Assembly (NCBI RefSeq): GCF_963921235.1 | Contig: NC_086097.1 | Location: 169,572,001 to 169,636,000, forward strand | DNA: 64,000 nt | Origin: Mobula hypostoma | Lineage: Eukaryota | Direction of reading: 5' to 3' | Shown here: piece by piece, positions 63,144 to 64,000 of the stretch | Position numbering within the stretch: position 1 is the first letter of the stretch | Layout of the letters: the number at the start of each line of letters is the position of its first letter | The notes under the pieces: generated by a model | What the model was told of the DNA's origin: nothing | What the model saw: the letters and a program-made list of their open reading frames with translations, nothing else | The model's database searches: none | Program-made: the position numbers and the translations under genes

Positions 63144-64000
63144 AGGCAAAATACAGTGTTACTTGTAAGATTATAATGCCAAACAAGCTTTTGCCTATGG
63201 CAGATCTTTATGCCCTGCTTGGGCAGGATATTTAATTTCTTGGTATTTATGTGTGGGGAGATTGGCTTCACTTTCAAGTTTCAAACATTGCAAACACACT
63301 GTTCCTGAAATTTGGTTATTTTTCATGATTGACTGAGATCTTTGTAACCTCATCAATTTGTCTCTTCACTTTGGTTAAAGTAATTAGTTCAAATTGGAGT
63401 ACTATTCTATTGCATTTAATAAAGGGCACTTTTCTGATTTTTGATTTGTCTCTCTGCTCCTTTTAGGTTATTATGTTTTTATTGGAATGCATAATTTGGT
63501 TTTAGTTTGGTAACACTGGCAAGATGGTAATCTATGCCCTTGAGGTGATGGTAATCCACCTTGAACTAATGTGTAGACAACAAAAAAAAGACGAGGTAGT
63601 ATTGTGATTGGTGGAGAAGAGAATGATAGATTACAGTGAGTACATTTAGGTAGACTGAATGGATGCTGTTTACTTTGGAGAAGTGAGTGATGATGCATCT
63701 TTAGAAAGATTGAGGAGAAGCAATATAGAATTAAGAATATTATTCTAATATCACTGGAGGATTAGTGGTATCTGGGGTATGGATTGCATACACAGATTAC
63801 ATGGAATACACAGCATGCTCTTTATGTCAAACCAGACCACCGAGACCATTTATACTCCACTCAAGCCTCCTTCCTTTCTTCATCAAAGTGTATCAGAACA
63901 TCCAAATGTGAATGTACTTAAAATCATTAGAAGTAGCAGGGTGGATTGTGAAAACTTAATAAGGCAGAGCTAGTAACTGAAGTTGTCAATAGAGCTGTTC

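Noticed and set aside
63440..63500. Strong polypyrimidine tract plus AG (about 63466-63467) as PTPN2 exon 4
   Set aside because: Exon 4 should begin with GPL in phase 0. This reads VIMFLLECIIW and has no PTP similarity, so exon 4 lies outside the window.

Overview
Vertebrate genomic DNA, most likely from a cartilaginous fish (probably a ray; inferred from the repeat families, not verified). The only host gene I can support is the 5' part of a non-receptor protein tyrosine phosphatase, most likely PTPN2 (TC-PTP), on the + strand. It has a CpG-rich promoter at about 14.6-15.5 kb and three coding exons: 14990-15046, 32816-32906 and 61195-61295. These splice in frame to [83 protein letters not shown], and the gene continues beyond the window. 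Almost every long ORF in the supplied track is a transposable-element fragment: CR1, Rex1/Babar, L1-like, HERO/R2-type RLE element, Penelope-like elements, Gypsy, Tc1, Tigger/pogo and hAT, plus V-SINEs. The most notable signals outside the ORF track are minimal type-I hammerhead ribozyme motifs in the Penelope tails (one near-intact copy is sense to the PTPN2 pre-mRNA), a perfect IRF-binding element just inside intron 1, a multi-level nest of elements upstream of the promoter, and an RTE-headed non-autonomous element. I found no convincing wholly new biological system; the findings below are leads.
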